Source: Guillardia theta CCMP2712
Lineage: Eukaryota; Protista; Cryptophyta
Direction: 5' to 3'
NCBI RefSeq assembly: GCF_000315625.1
Contig: NW_005434607.1
Location: 55,040 to 119,039 of the forward strand
DNA length: 64,000 nucleotides
The notes beneath the pieces were generated by a model that saw only the letters and a program-made list of their open reading frames with translations, did not search any database and was not told where the DNA came from. Below, in pieces: positions 15,001-30,000 of the stretch. The position numbers and the translations under genes are program-made. Numbering within the stretch: position 1 is the stretch's first letter; each line of letters begins with the position of its first letter.

Positions 15001-18000
15001 ATCCAAAGAAGCATTTTCGTTGGAGGAATTGAAATGAATTGCCTACGATAGTGACTTGATCGTTGTACAGCGAAGTGGGTGTTATCGAAAGAAACGTGGG
15101 TCGAATCATGCATCGAATCATGATCGCATCTTGCAAGCAATTTCTGCGATCAAAACACAATTCCATTGTATGGTCACCATGCCTCGTACAATTCACGGAG
15201 ATTGCGATTGATGTTTGAGATATCTGAACAACTTCTGCAACTGAGCTTAATGTGCTTATGGATATCTGAGAGTTGTTTGGAAAATTCTTTCCGAAGACAG
15301 TAACGATAGAAGCTTCATATACGCCAACAGCAGACGGTCTTACTTCAATCACCACCGGAATAGTAGCTTTATCAAAGTCATCAGATTGCATTTGAGCGTG
15401 ATGTATCGATCTGTCAACATGCAATACTGCAGTTCTGCCAAAATCCATATTGAAAACACAATCGTTACCCACTTGGACAGTATGATTGCCGGGGTTGAGG
15501 ATTGTATCCAACGTTGCTGTCAACATAGTTGAGGACAACCATTCTACATTTTTGCACAGAGTCTGACCTAACCGAAGGCAGAGCGATTCCGCAAAGTGCA
15601 CTCCAAAGATGGTGACGAGTACACTCTCGAAGGTAGTTGTTCTTGATGGTTTGATGAAATTTACAATAGCGGCAGATGAAAAGGCAAGTAATACGCTATT
15701 GGAGTAGTGATATTCATCATATGTGAGTTGTACCTTGACTTGAGTTTTTTGAGGCAAGGAAGGAGTGGACACTATGACTTGACTCGATCCAATGAATTTA
15801 GCACTTCTCACTAAATGCGAGTCAAATACAACTTTCAAGATCAAATCTATTTGAAAGCCATGGTGGCTTTGTATTGTGATCACTGTACCGCCTCGTGTAG
15901 ATATGATAGAAGGATAGATTGTAGTAATTTTCAGCTGCGAGTAGTAAATAAAAACTTGCCTTGCTCCCACTCTAAAGTTGCCAAACGACAAGCCAACAAA
16001 AGTTTGCCCTGAATGAGGCGTCGCAGGAAGAATGCAATAGAATTCTGCTTCCTGTTGGTGAACTGGAACAGATTCGCTTCCAAAATAACATTGAGAATTC
16101 GGCCTTGGAGGGAATTCACCGTCCATGGTAACTCTCAAGCCACCGTGGATTGGACCCAATGAGGGGTAGAACTTAATCACGCTAGAGTTTATCGCTTCAA
16201 AGGTCATGTGATTGCTGCTAGTGACTTCATTAAATGATAGGAATAGGCCATAAAATCCTGGTCTCTCAACAGCAATGCTTGTTATGACCTTGGAGCTACT
16301 TACATAGGTCGCTGCAAACCTGCTATTGGAAAGGCATGCAGTCGGGTTATTTAAAAAGTGTTGACCAATTAAGGTGATTGTAGAATCCCCAGAATTGATA
16401 CGGGTTTGTCTTGGGAACAAATCAAGTAAAATTGGTTGATTGTAGAAATGGAACACAAACTGTGCGGTTGGGACATATGAATCCACGTCAAAAGCGAAAG
16501 ATCCTTCAGTATGAGGAGGTATATAGCAACGCAATCTTGTCGAGGAGATGAATTGAGTGATCAAGGTAGTGCTGCCCTCGTTACACCTTGAATCACTATC
16601 AAAACTGCTTCCTAATATCATTACCCAGAAATCACTGTTTGATGGTCCAAAATAAGGCATTATTGAAGTAATGGCAGGAGGCTCACGTATTTCCAAGACT
16701 CCAACAGAAAAATGAAAGTAAGTTTTCAGATCATTGGTGCAATTCAGGTATAAATTAACAAAACTGGTTGATAAAGCAGGTGTATCACATAAAATTTGTG
16801 TAGCATTCACATTTTTAGAAAGCATGCTGAGGTTTTCATACAAGCAGACGCACCTCTTGAAGTCAAACCCTTGTCCCTTAACGCTTATCGTGGTTGTTGA
16901 GCTTGAGCACACTTTAGTGGGCTCAAGTGTATACACTTTAGGAACCATCCTGACTTCATGCAAATGAATGTGAGAAAATTCGTTTACTCCGACGAAATTT
17001 TGAAAACGACTGTTCCAGATCGTGATTTCATAAATTCCAGGATCAAGGGCAGGAAGTCTGAAATGGAGCAGAGAAGTTGACAAAAAAGATGTGGGCAAGG
17101 ATACACGGTAAGGGAAATCCTTCGACGTCACGTAGATACTTAAGAATGAGTCTAGATTCTCCCCATGTACTGTGAGGATGTCAGATGACGCCGAAAGAGA
17201 AGTTGCTGGGATGATTGAGAATATCTTTTGAGACATTGCAGGGGTAGACAAGTTGTCACGATAGAGCTCAATTCCGTTGTAGATCAGGACAAACCCTTGC
17301 AATTTTGCTGTTGGCCGATGAGGAATGTTGCAAAAGATGAGAGATGGAGGTATAGTTTGCCCAAGGAAAATCTCATCATTTATTGTACAGTGTACAACTG
17401 AGCTGTTGGAAATCTCCTTCCCAATGAATTCAAGCCTGTCATACCTTTTGTTGTATGTTACTGATCGTATTTGTGGCATATCAATGTAAGTGAACATTTG
17501 ATTGCATTGAATTCTTTCACCTTCAATTTCAAAGAAAACCTGAAAACGTCCAGTGAGCTCGCAAGCAGGAAGTACACAGACTAAATCTGTTGCATTCAGT
17601 CGCATACATGTGGAATTTTTGGAAGAACTGTTCAAAACTCCGCAAACAGCATGTCCAACAATGCTGGCTTCCGATAATTTTACCGTAATACTCTGAGTGT
17701 AGCCCTTGATTCCAACAGAGGGTGAAATCAGCAGAACTCGAGGTAATGGTCGAAATTCGAATAGAAAATCTATGAATACTGTTAGACCGTTGTCGAATGA
17801 CAATGAAACTGTGCTATTTCCAATAGGAGAATATGGTACTTTACAACTCTTATTCTGAAAATCCATCAAGGCAGAAGTCTTATTGCTTCCAAATAGACAA
17901 TACACATCACCAGTATTCTCAGGCAATTGGCCAAGAATGGTCACATAAAAGCCTCCCTTGTGAGGACCTGATGAAGGATATACGGCTGGAGATGGACCTT

Positions 18001-21000
18001 TTGAATGAAATATTCTCAAATGATGTTGGTACAAAAGCTGATCTTCAAAAACGTGGAATTTGACATTTACATTGCTCGTGTTGAAGATCCCTTTTATCAA
18101 ACAACTAATCATTGATGACGTTAGATAGACAGCGCGCTCAGTCTTTCCCAGAGCAGTACAGTACAAAGTAATATCCTTGTGCATCCCTCGGCCTATTATA
18201 GTAATCGACTTCCTGCTAGCTGGCAGAGACAGAAAGGGGACTACCTTATCCACGATTGGTTGAGGAACTAGCAATAGTTCAGACATTGACAATGCTTCAG
18301 AAGAAGAGTGCGAGAAGAAACCAACTTTAATGCTTCCTGCTCGATGCATCTTTTGTAACACAAAGGAATTGTTGGTAATATCAGCGACGGTCTCGTTTAT
18401 GACTGCAAAATCTAATGGCAAACCAAGGAATTGGTAACCAGCTATTGAGATTGACATTCCACCTTCAACGAATGCGATAGATGGAATTAAAGAGACTTGT
18501 TTGACGTGTTCAGCCACTCGAATTTGATGTGAATTGTGCATGCAGGCATCAAAATTGAAACATATCTGCAATGCTACAAAATTTGAATGCATGGGCGACA
18601 TTAAGCAAGTGAGCTTTGTGGAACTTGTCAGCAAAGCGGTGACCAACTTACTCGCCCCAAACTTGCAAACCAGACTCTCTGATGGTACAAAGTCTTCCCC
18701 GATCACTGTGATCATTTGTTTCATCGTAGAGACCACAACCTCTGGATTTACCTGTAAAATCCTGGGAGATTTGCGATACATGAAAACAACAGCTTCGTTC
18801 AAGTCCAGTAGCGTTCCATTGTAGTAAAGAGCGATGGGGCTGGGTCCTGGCGGGTTGGGAGGAAGCGTGCAAAGCAACAAGGTCGAAGAGACAAAGGAGG
18901 TGATTGCAGTCTGCTTATCGAAAATGACTTCAAACAAGTTTGAGAGAAAATTTCCGCCGAAAATAGAAATTATCTGACCTCCGTCTCCTAGGGAACTCGT
19001 AGGTTTGACTGAATGAATGTGAGGCCTTTCCCAAAGATGGACGAACACTGAGTATATCCGACTTTGAGATTCCATATCGATGATGCTCAGCAGATGGGAA
19101 CCCTTGTAGCCATCTGGCAGGGTGCAACAACGAGAACGGTCACCGTGACACAAATACGAATTGCTGATTCTGGAATTGTTTACTTTGCATCCCAAAGAAC
19201 GGTCAAGAGTTTTGTTGATTCGAAGAGCGGCCAAGTTTAGGTTTGTTCCCTCAAACAAGGCAAGAACAGCCCCAACGCTTTGAATTTTAGGTAGCACTTG
19301 AAGCATGATTTGGCTAGATATCGCGCTGATTGAGTGAGGCGAAGTGACAACTGAGACAGAATAATTGCCCACTTTTTCAAGATCGACAAGGCATATGATT
19401 TTTGAACAAGTCAGCCACTCTCCCGTGAAGAACTGTTCGCTTAAAGAACAACTCACTTTGCGAGGATATGCAAAATTCATCTCAGTTACAACAGTGATTT
19501 TTGACCTTTGGTTTGGTATAAACCTTGGCAATACATCGAGTATTTTGAAGGAATGATAGAAGTGAAATGAAAGATTCGTTCTTGTGTAAGAGCTACCGTC
19601 AAATGAGATTTCAAGATGTACATATCTCGATCTATTCATCGGAGAGGTAACACACTGCACAAGAGAGGATGACAAAATACGAGCCTCAGTGACATTTTTT
19701 GATCCAAATCTGAGCAAAACTCGTGAAGCTGAGCCGAAAATGCCAGAAACTTTTACAATCGTCCCACCTTTCACAGGGCCTATCGAAGGTTCTACCATAT
19801 ACAATTTGACATCTTCTTGAAATATAAATGACATCGCATTGGAATGGCAATCCACTGTATCATTGTGCGAAGATAAAACGAAAGAAACTCTACAGGCCTT
19901 CATCATCGGTGGTGCCATACATCGGATGAAATTCTGGAATTTTTCGTGAATAGGAACACACACCATATCAAAGCAACAGCTCTGAGCAAGTTGAATCGAA
20001 TCTGAGAGTGTATGGACTTGGATTTCTGTTCCACCGAGAATTTCACTGCTAGATGGAAACAGACTAAGAACACTTAAAGATTGCATACTTTGTATCTGCA
20101 ATGAATTACTCTTCCTTCCTTCAATGTCGATGACAAAAATTTGCTTCTGCTCAGGGTCTATTGGAGGAGATGAACATTTCAGCATAGAATTAGAAAGGAC
20201 TGTGGCTTCCAGAACTGCTTTCGTACCCAAGATCGTACAATACTTTGGCGGGCCGTTGTCTAAAAATCTTCCTGTCAAAGTGAAAGTAACTCTAATGCGT
20301 GAACAGAAAAGAGATGGATGCACTGAGGATAAGAGCATGTGGCTTCTGCCTAATTGTAGAAAGTCAGATTTGAATAATGCAATATCATCTGTTGAGTCAG
20401 AAAGGACGAGAGAAATGTTTCCTATTTGTTCTGGTGGAATTTGACACTGAACGAGTGAGCTAGAAGTAAAAAGGACATGAAAATAACTCAATTGCTCCAA
20501 ACATGAAAACTGACAAATCAAACCAGAATGAAGATTTCTCCCCGTAATCATTATATTATTCCTCTGCAATAACCCAGCGCTTGGTATGACTCTGTCAATG
20601 TGGACCCTGGTACCAGCCGAAAAAGGAGTTGTTACCGTTGGATTGTGAAAGAAGCCACCATAAATTGGATTTAAACAGTCAGGTAAGTAAATTCCAAAGG
20701 TTGAATTGCCTCGAGGAAACAAATCCTGGGGGATGACACAATACGCAAGTGAGCTGGAAACTATTTGGAGATCAATCTTTGAATCTCTTGCCAGCAAAAT
20801 ATAGGCTTTTGTCAGAAAATTAAAATAGCTTCCAACGATTGTCACCATAAACTTTGGATCTTTTGAGGTGATCTCAGTGAAAGAAACTTGAGAGATCTGA
20901 GGAGAGATATGGTATTCAAAGAAACTTCCTGTTGGAAACATGAATTCTTTGTCTATCAAAAGAGAAAATGGTATGATCGAAGTTTGAGAATCTTGGAGTT

Positions 21001-24000
21001 TGTTCGACTCAAGGTTTGGTGGAAAGCAAACATATTGATTGTTTGAATATACAGCAAAACTCCAAAGCCCCTTCTCCCCAAAAATACAATCAATTCGATT
21101 GAATCGATGAAAGATTCCAGAAATTGTGATTGGGCATGCATTGTGTATGCTTCCACGGGTAGGATAAATTCGTACCTGATTTGATGCATTGACATATTCT
21201 ACTTTGATCTTTGGTGACAAGAATGCACTCGATGCGAGATTGTAATAGACTGAATGTATACCCAACGATCGTTTTGGCATCCAAACTCTATTTTCTGTCG
21301 ATGAAATCCATTGAGACCTGATCACTTCGTCATCCATGCTCCAACATGAACTGCAAGACCTAAAATTTTGTCCCAAAACTGTAACTTGCATACCCGAAAG
21401 ATATACGATCGATGGAAGGACTCTTAGAAGTAGCGGTGGCTGAAATGTTGACACAAGAAATACGTTTGAGTCGACATCAATCCCATTGTTTGAAACGCTA
21501 ATCGTGGAAAACCAAGATGAATTGCTGAATCGACTACAAGTAATTATGCTTGCTGAGGTCCAGATTCCATGAGCTTTCTTCTTGTCTAGGAAGCAGCTTA
21601 ACGAAGGCACATTCATGAAATTTTGACCCAGCAATGTGATTACATTATGTCTGAACGAAAAACGAGCATCTTGAATAACAATGGGAGGATAGAAAGAGAA
21701 GGGATGTTTTGCAAACGAATAGCTGCTTGCTACATTCAAGACTTCGAGTTGGATCATGGATTGCTTGTGAGTAGGTGAAATGCATATATACCTGCCAGAT
21801 CCATTGACTGGTTGAAGAGGAACCCTCAAAGAACCAAACGAACAAATGTAATTGTCTATCGGAAGTTTTTCGTGAAACTCAAAAGTGACGTGGGTGCCTC
21901 CTGAAGCCGGTCCAAATGAAGGGTACATTGTGTTCAAGACAAATTCACTGATGACGTGGAATTTCTCTGCACTCCAAAGAGTCTTATCAGAGTCTATTCT
22001 GATGCCGAAGTCGAAAAGTCCAACCTCCGAAAAGGCAGGAGACTCACAAATTACAAGCTGTGGGGAAGCAAGAGACGCGCTTGTTGTGAAATTGCCGAAG
22101 ATGCATGAAAGGGCTGAAAGATTGTCAAGGAAAAAGCCTTTGATCTGAACAGCTATTCTAGGGGCTCGATGAATCAGTGCAGCTGAAGGCTCAAGATTCA
22201 AAATCTCTGGCTTTGGAAGTATGTGCAAACAACAAAACGGGGTCGATACCTCCTTTCGTGTGTGGCTGTAAAGACTTATCGTCATGTTCCCCTGTATCGA
22301 ATGGCTTGGAAGGGAACAAATCAGGAAAGACTGTGTGACTCGGACACTGCTCAAGAACAAACGAGATCCCAAACTGCAATTCAACGGCAATCTATCATGA
22401 AAATTGGTTCCCAAAATCGTGATAGACAAAGCAGAATGTGTAATCAATGAGGGACGCAAGTCAAGGATCGTTGGCATCCCCAACACCTCAACGAACAAAT
22501 CACTCTCTCTTGCTATGTCATTGAATGGGTGAAGGATGGATTGGATGCCGGAATTCATCATCGGTGGCACTTCGCACAAGGCAATTGAAGATGAGACATA
22601 CTGCCCTGGGACAATGAAACCTTCCATGACAAAGCATGCTCCAAACAAAGATTGAGGGTATGGAAACCCCTCACCGATGAGACTTACCGTGCTGGCAGAA
22701 CCCATCGTGACAATGCTTGGACGTATTTCAATGAGATCAGCTCGCTGATCAAGCTCAAACGAAGCAGCAGCAGACTCATGCAAACAAACGACCTCTATAA
22801 TTGACCTTGCTGGTAGCTTGACTGATGATTCGCAGCTTATAAAGGTGGAAGTATGTAAATGCAGGCTTTTAGCATGCAAATGTGATAGCAGACATGAACA
22901 ACTAAGATCAAAACCGGTTCCATATATTTCAAAGGAATATCGGAGGAGGTTGAGATACTTTAGGCTGGCATTGAATATTCTCAAATTGATGTACTGAACT
23001 GAGAAAGGTATGGAAAAGTTGTAAAGATCTGATTCAATTGCCACTGAAGCTATTCCAGGCAATTCTGGGATGGTTTCTGTAGTGATCATCGAGAGAGAAA
23101 ACCACTGAATTTTGGTTTGCTTTCCGGACGGAAACTTCAGGTAGAAACCTATCCTTGGGTCAAAATGTTCTCCACGCAGGGTGATCGTGGTACGCCCTGA
23201 GCTGGTCACTTCTGAGGGGACCACTTGCAAAATCAGAGGTTCCTGAAAATACTCATAATTCGACTTATAAACCACGTCGTCATTTGCATCGAATAATGTC
23301 AAATCAAAGAGGCCTGATTCAGTTGAACGGGGAGCAACAATCTGAAAGACTAAGCCGCTGTAGTTTAACCTGAATGTCGAGTTCAGAAGATTCGCGACGA
23401 CAGGTTGCTTATCCATGGTAGGTATTCGAATTTCGACGGCATTTCCCTCTGTCGGTCCCTTAGAGGGAACAAGTAAAGCATTGAGAACCAGAGAGAAGGT
23501 CAAGTTGTTTGAGATTCCTCTGTAAGTAGTTCTGATTGCAACATGCATTCTGGTTGTATCTGTGCCCACTTGTGGGACAGAACATAACAACTTAAAAGCA
23601 TTGACGAAAACAGTTTGCACTTGTAGCATTCCAATTTCACATTTGCAACTCGAATCAAAGTTCTCACCGAAAACCGTTATGCCATTGGCAGTTGACTTTG
23701 AAACAACACTTGGTGATAAGGAAATTAGTCTTGGAAGATCAACGATTGTGAAAATCTGATTAAACTTGAAGACAAAGGAAGCATTGAGAGACAGCGATAC
23801 CGTGTAGTTTCCAGGGCTGCGTACAGGAATTGCGCATTTTAGAAGGCTGGAACTCTGCCAAATAGCACGAGCGTGAATGTTTAGACCAAAGACACACTGA
23901 AATGTAAAATGGCTTATCAAATTACGACCATAGATTGCCAAGGGAATTCCAGAATGTGCCTTTGTTTCCGTAGGTGAGAAATGTGAAAAAGATATTTCGA

Positions 24001-27000
24001 TTATCTCAAATAAAAGCGTGACCGGATTTCGATTCAAAACATTAGATGGTATATCAGAAAGTTGCAAATCAAAGTTGAATGTACCAAGAACATTGTGCCC
24101 TGGATGTGCACAATGAATGGCAGTTGAGGATTCTACTTTTGCTGGAGCGGGCAAACCACCGAACAAACATGTAAAGTTAGCATATTCGTAAAATTCTCCT
24201 CCAATAACAGTAACAACTGTAGGAAATGTACTGAAGACGAACGAGGGCGACAATTTTCTTACATAAAAGTTATTCGCAACAAGGAAGGGGAAGGAGGAGA
24301 GATGTAGGCCAGGCTCCGGAAGCAAGGATACAGAGAAAATGGTACGTTGAGGTCGTTCAGTCATTGGACAAGGACACAAAATTGAGGTTTCATTTCGGTG
24401 TATGCCTTTACAGCTCATCTCTCCGATAGTGCAAACAAAATTGCAGCTGCCTAACAAGTTGTCACCAAATACTGTGATGATGGTGGACGAAGAAGTTGAA
24501 GACCAGGTTGGTTCGATCCCATGAATTTGAAACTCTTTAACATTCAAAGTGATGTTGGTATCAATAAAAGTATCGGGCTCAAAGCTGAAACTGAAACCCA
24601 TGGTTCCAGCAGTGCTTGGGGGTTTGACACATTTCAATGTGGAGCTGCTGACATATACTGCATCCATGACTATACTCGCCCCAAACTTGCAAACCAGACC
24701 CTCTGATGGTACAAAGTCTTCCCCGATCACTGTGATCATTTGTTTCATCGTAGAGACCACAACCTCTGGATTTACCTGTAAAATCCTGGGAGATTTGCGA
24801 TACATGAAAACAACAGCTTCGTTCAAGTCCAGTAGCGTTCCATTGTAGTAAAGAGCGATGGGGCTGGGTCCTGGCGGGTTGGGAGGAAGCGTGCAAAGCA
24901 ACAAGGTCGAAGAGACAAAGGAGGTAAAGGCAAATTTGGAGCTGAATGTGACGCTCATATACGAATCCAAGAAATTTTCACCAAAAAGAGTTACCATTCG
25001 GCCACCATGAATAGGTCCTGTTCTCGGAATGGTATGTGTAATTTTAGCAGAGTACATATGTAAGTTGATCTTGTTTGAGACAACTTGTCCAATCAAGTCA
25101 ATCATGTATAGACTTATCATGCTGAAAGACACATGAAGCTGAGTGAAGCCGCATTGTACTTGCTCTGTCGATTCATAGATGGCCTCTACGCAACTAATAC
25201 CTGATAAACAGCATTTAAGAGAAGTTTGGTTATTGAAACCCGAGCCGGTAATTAGAATGAGGAAGCCTGTACCAATGGAATGATGTGATATATTTTGTAT
25301 TCTTACCATGTGCTTGACCACAAAAGAAACTTCGTTCGAAAACCTTTGGGTCCCATGCCAAATTGATAATGTCAGATTGGAACAGCCTTGATACTTGACA
25401 TTGCAAAGTAGAAGGCTCGAAGTCAAATACTGAGCATGAAACATTTCTCTCCCAAGCATGCAATGAATAGGGAATGCATCTGTCCAGTTCGATCCAGATA
25501 CTAAAACGTTTGATTGTCTGTCACTGTCAATGATTGATGGATTTACAGAAGTGACATGCATGACAGGGAGTAATTGGACGCTTCCTGCAAATTGTGCAGC
25601 ACTGTTGAAATGGTCAGAAATGAAAACGTGTTGGTTTCCAGTGACAGTTGAACGACTGTTGCACAGCACTTGAGTTGATGTTACGATTCTTGCAGAATCA
25701 TCATCATTTCCAATCTTGCAGCGAAGGTTGGACTTCAACCTAAACTGCCGTCCAATTACTGTCAGTATGGAACCTGCAATTACCAAAGATGGATTGACGG
25801 AGTATACTTGAAATTCAAATGTTTGCTTGAGTGCGAGCTTATTGGTCATACAGCCCAAGTATGTCGCAGAAACAGATGTATTTGTCATCACGACCTGAGG
25901 AATTTTCAAAGCAATATAATGGGCAGAGATTAGCGTTCCAATTACTGAAATATTTCCAAACAAGATTGGAATGCTCTCAGGAATTGAAGGACTCGGCTTG
26001 AAATCATCGCCGAATATGGTTATCATGGCTCCGGAAGCAAAACTGTGAGGATTGATTACACTGATCAATCTTGGAGGAGTGTGCAGCAAGACAGGGACGT
26101 GGGATGGATAGAATTCTCGGGAATTGAATGAAATTCTGAGATCGTATCGAGTTTCTTGCAGACAGGAAGAATTTAGGTAGCACAAGACAAGCGAGCCATT
26201 CACAACTTTCGCTGTCAGACTGTATGATCCCAACTTGCAGCTTGGCGCGTCTGTCCAAAATCCAGCTCCAAAGATGGAAAGGACTTTAGATTGGCCATGA
26301 CATATTACAGACGGTATTATGCTCGAAATTCGTGGATCTTCGTAGTACATAAAATTCAGTTCACGTGTAGAGGTATGATTTGTAGCGTCCTTGATATGAA
26401 ATTGAACCATCCCCGCGACACCGGGAGGTGAAAAACAAACAATTAAAGTCTCACTTCTCCAGATTGCCTCAACCTCTTTGGATCCGAAAACACATTTCAA
26501 AGGTGTGGAGATATAGGACACATTTGATATCACCAATTCAATTAGAGTCTTGCCGTGTATCGGACCTGTAGATGGGAAACACTTGAAGTTTGAAATTTCT
26601 TTGTGAGAAGAGAAGAATATCTCAGTTCTATGAAAATTGTACCCAAATACAATGAAATCAATGAAAAGTCTGCCTTCGAACTTTCTCGGAGGTAAATCAC
26701 AGTGCAATGCTGAAGTGGACACAAAGTCTGACCTTGTCGAAAGGTTCTGCACAACTATATACACAGGGGAGTCTCTATCAAAACGATGACCTAGAATCGT
26801 CAATGTGATCTGATCTTGAGCGATTACGATAGTTGGGAAAACTTGTTGAACGGAAGGTAAGGGCTTAGCTTCAAGTGTGCCAGCTTCTATTTCAAGGTGA
26901 GCAAACCGCAAAACGACGGTGTAATTTCCAATCTCAAGTGCAGGGATAGCACATCGCAGCAATTTTTGGTCAAGAGGTTGACCGTTCCCCATGGCCAAAT

Positions 27001-30000
27001 TGCCAAATTGACAAATGCATGGATCAAAGAACAAAGGGATAGGGGAAACGATTTCTAGGAAGAAATTGGGCTTGATTCGAGCAGGAGCTATTGTTTGAGA
27101 CATTGTCAGTGGAGACGGCAAGTCAAGATACGAGAAAGTTACGCTTGTGCTTGCAAATGAGTTTTTGTCGCTGCAAGTTATCAAAGTGATTCCTGGATTA
27201 CTCTGTGGTGCTTGCAAAATGATTCTTGAACGATCCACATCCAAGATTGCGGCTTTGATATCGCCAAAAAAACATCTTAGTGCATTGTTGCTCGTGAATC
27301 CAACACCAAACACGGTAACTGTGTAATGACCAGAAATGTGCCCTTCACTTGGAGATATTGAATTGATTTGAAATTCCTCATACAAGAGGTACTTTTCTTT
27401 TGCAAGGATTATCTTGCCATCATATCTTTGGATACCAAAAACGATTTGATTGTCTTCCGGATCCAACATGGAATGTGGAATATAGCATGTGCAGCGGTCG
27501 TTCGTGCAAGAGGCTCTGACATGAATGCTATCAAAGATACAGCTTGCAAAAGGCAGGAATGGGGGAAAAACAGTGATTTCGATGGATTTTCCAATCGGAC
27601 TTCGCGTTGGTGAAAAGGTGAGATCTTGATCTTTATATTCGAAAATCAGGTTTGATTGAAATGAGAATCCATGGCCGTCGTGGAAAGTAACGGTGACATT
27701 CCCTTGAAATAATCCCTTTGGTACGGTAGCAACCAAGGTGCCTGATGATACATTAAAATCCGTTGTGGTGACGTTTCCGAATGCTAGCAAGTATTGATGT
27801 TTCAACGGCATCACATACCGCGAAACGGCTAGAGAGACAATTATTCCTCCACGAGTGGGACCACTACTTGGAATGACACCATACAAGACTGGAGGCTGCA
27901 AAATATCAAATTTTCGACATACACTAATCTTTGTATCTGTCAAGCAAAACCTCGTTGCATAATTTTCAATCTTGGTGATCCTGGAAGTAGAACATAGAAC
28001 CTTGGTAGAGGTCTGCAACATCGCTCCTGAGTTGACGCCTGATCCAAACTGACAGAAATAATACGTAGTATGGAAATTAGTGCCTAATATTGTGATTCTG
28101 GTGTCATAGCCTGAATATCCATGACTAGGCAGCAATTCAATTACCGATGGTGGAGGGCACATCTGGATTGATGAAGCAAATATCACAATATTGGAATCGA
28201 AAGGAAGGGGAATGAACACTTCAAAGGAGAACTTTGAACAAATAGTTGTGTCAACATAATGCCATCCTTGCCTTTCAAATATCGTTTGCTTTGCAGGCAC
28301 TTGACATTCCAGCACTGTACTAGAGACAAAATACAGGTTTAGTTGATCCTTCTTTACGGAATTCCAGATAAAGTTCGCTCGCAGGTCGAAGTCTGACAAA
28401 ATGGAATCTCCGACTAATTTCATTTGCTGGGGTTGGTCATGAAAGTATAGGAGGCTAGTATGTGTAAAAAGCTTGGGTAGGTGATGAACAGTGTAAACGG
28501 ACGTCCAGATTGACAAATTTCCTACCATTGCTTTCAGCACAAAGACTCCAGCATCTAAATTTGTTACGTTGCATATCGCAGTGTGTTGTGACACAAAACA
28601 TCCATAGAGACGCTGATTGAAATGCAAAGAAATGTTGTTGAGACAGTAAAGATTCTTGGAATGTAATTTCAGTGTCTGTACTATCGGGCCTGAAAAGAGA
28701 ATTTTTGGTTCAATGCTATGAATCTCAATAACATCAAACAAGCAGATTTGTACCGTGCAATATGGTGAGATTTCTATAACATTGAACCCGGGAAAAGGTT
28801 TAGGCAAGGAGCAGATCAGCTCTGAAAAATCCGTTGACTGACAGATAGATGTAAAATTCACAAAAATTCCAACCACTGTGAAGTTTACGAAATTTTGTAA
28901 CTTTGCCACTGAAGGTGAAATGACACAGTCATCTTGCATTTCAACCACTTGGATGAGGTTCGAATCTCGGGGCATAACAACAAACTCATCGTATTTCAAT
29001 GTCAATTCATAAATTCCGGCTTTCAGTCTTGGAGATACACATCCAAAAGGTTCATGACTTACTGCTCCCTGTAGATCACCTACAAAACAACTCATTCTAG
29101 AAATGTTTGTCAAGTCTTTCGCAATGATCCTTATAAGCGCATGATAATTATGTGGAATTTTAGATGGGAATGTAGAAACCACCAAGGGTAGAGATTGTAT
29201 TTCAATGAGAAACTTCTTTGGAATGTATTGTCCATCAATGCCAAGGGATAGTGAGAAGTTCCCTGACTTTGACGTTGGAATTTCACATCTTAAGACGTTT
29301 GAACTTTGAATGATTGAATATATGCGAGTGTAACCAAGAAAACAATGACAGCCATCAGGTATCTGCTGTTGACCAGTTAGAGTGACTTCAAACCTCTCAT
29401 TTTGGAAAGCGCTGACTGGCCAGATCTCTAATGTTTGGAAAAAGTCATAGACTTGAAATTCAGCTTTGTAGTAATCAAACTCTGCAAGCTTGTCGATTAT
29501 GGCTACAGAGCCAATGCATCCCACTTTAAAAGATGGAGTTGAACAAACGACCCTCGTAGAGCTGATGACTTCAATGTTTGAATTCTGATTCTTTGAACAG
29601 GAAAATGAACATTGAGCTTGCAAGGAGTCAAGATTTTCCCCTGATATACTAATCAATGTCTGAATATTGATAGATGTAAAATTTGGAAACAATTTGAAAA
29701 TAACAGGAAGGGGGCTCTTTGTAAATCTCAAAAAGTTTTCAGAAAATATGTCCAAGACTCTAGTACGGACCTCCATTGTACCTTGAATTTCAGTTGAAGG
29801 ACAATCACACAGAATTGCTGACGAGGAGAGTATTTTTGCAAAATACGAATGATTGGCTCCGAATGTGCATGAATACATGAAATCATTTTCGACCGAGAAC
29901 CATTCACCGAACACTGTAAGCTGATCATTGAGAGGACAATGGCTAATATGCGGAATGATTTTGAGAAGGGTCATTTTATGAACTAGCTTCAAAGGGGTCT

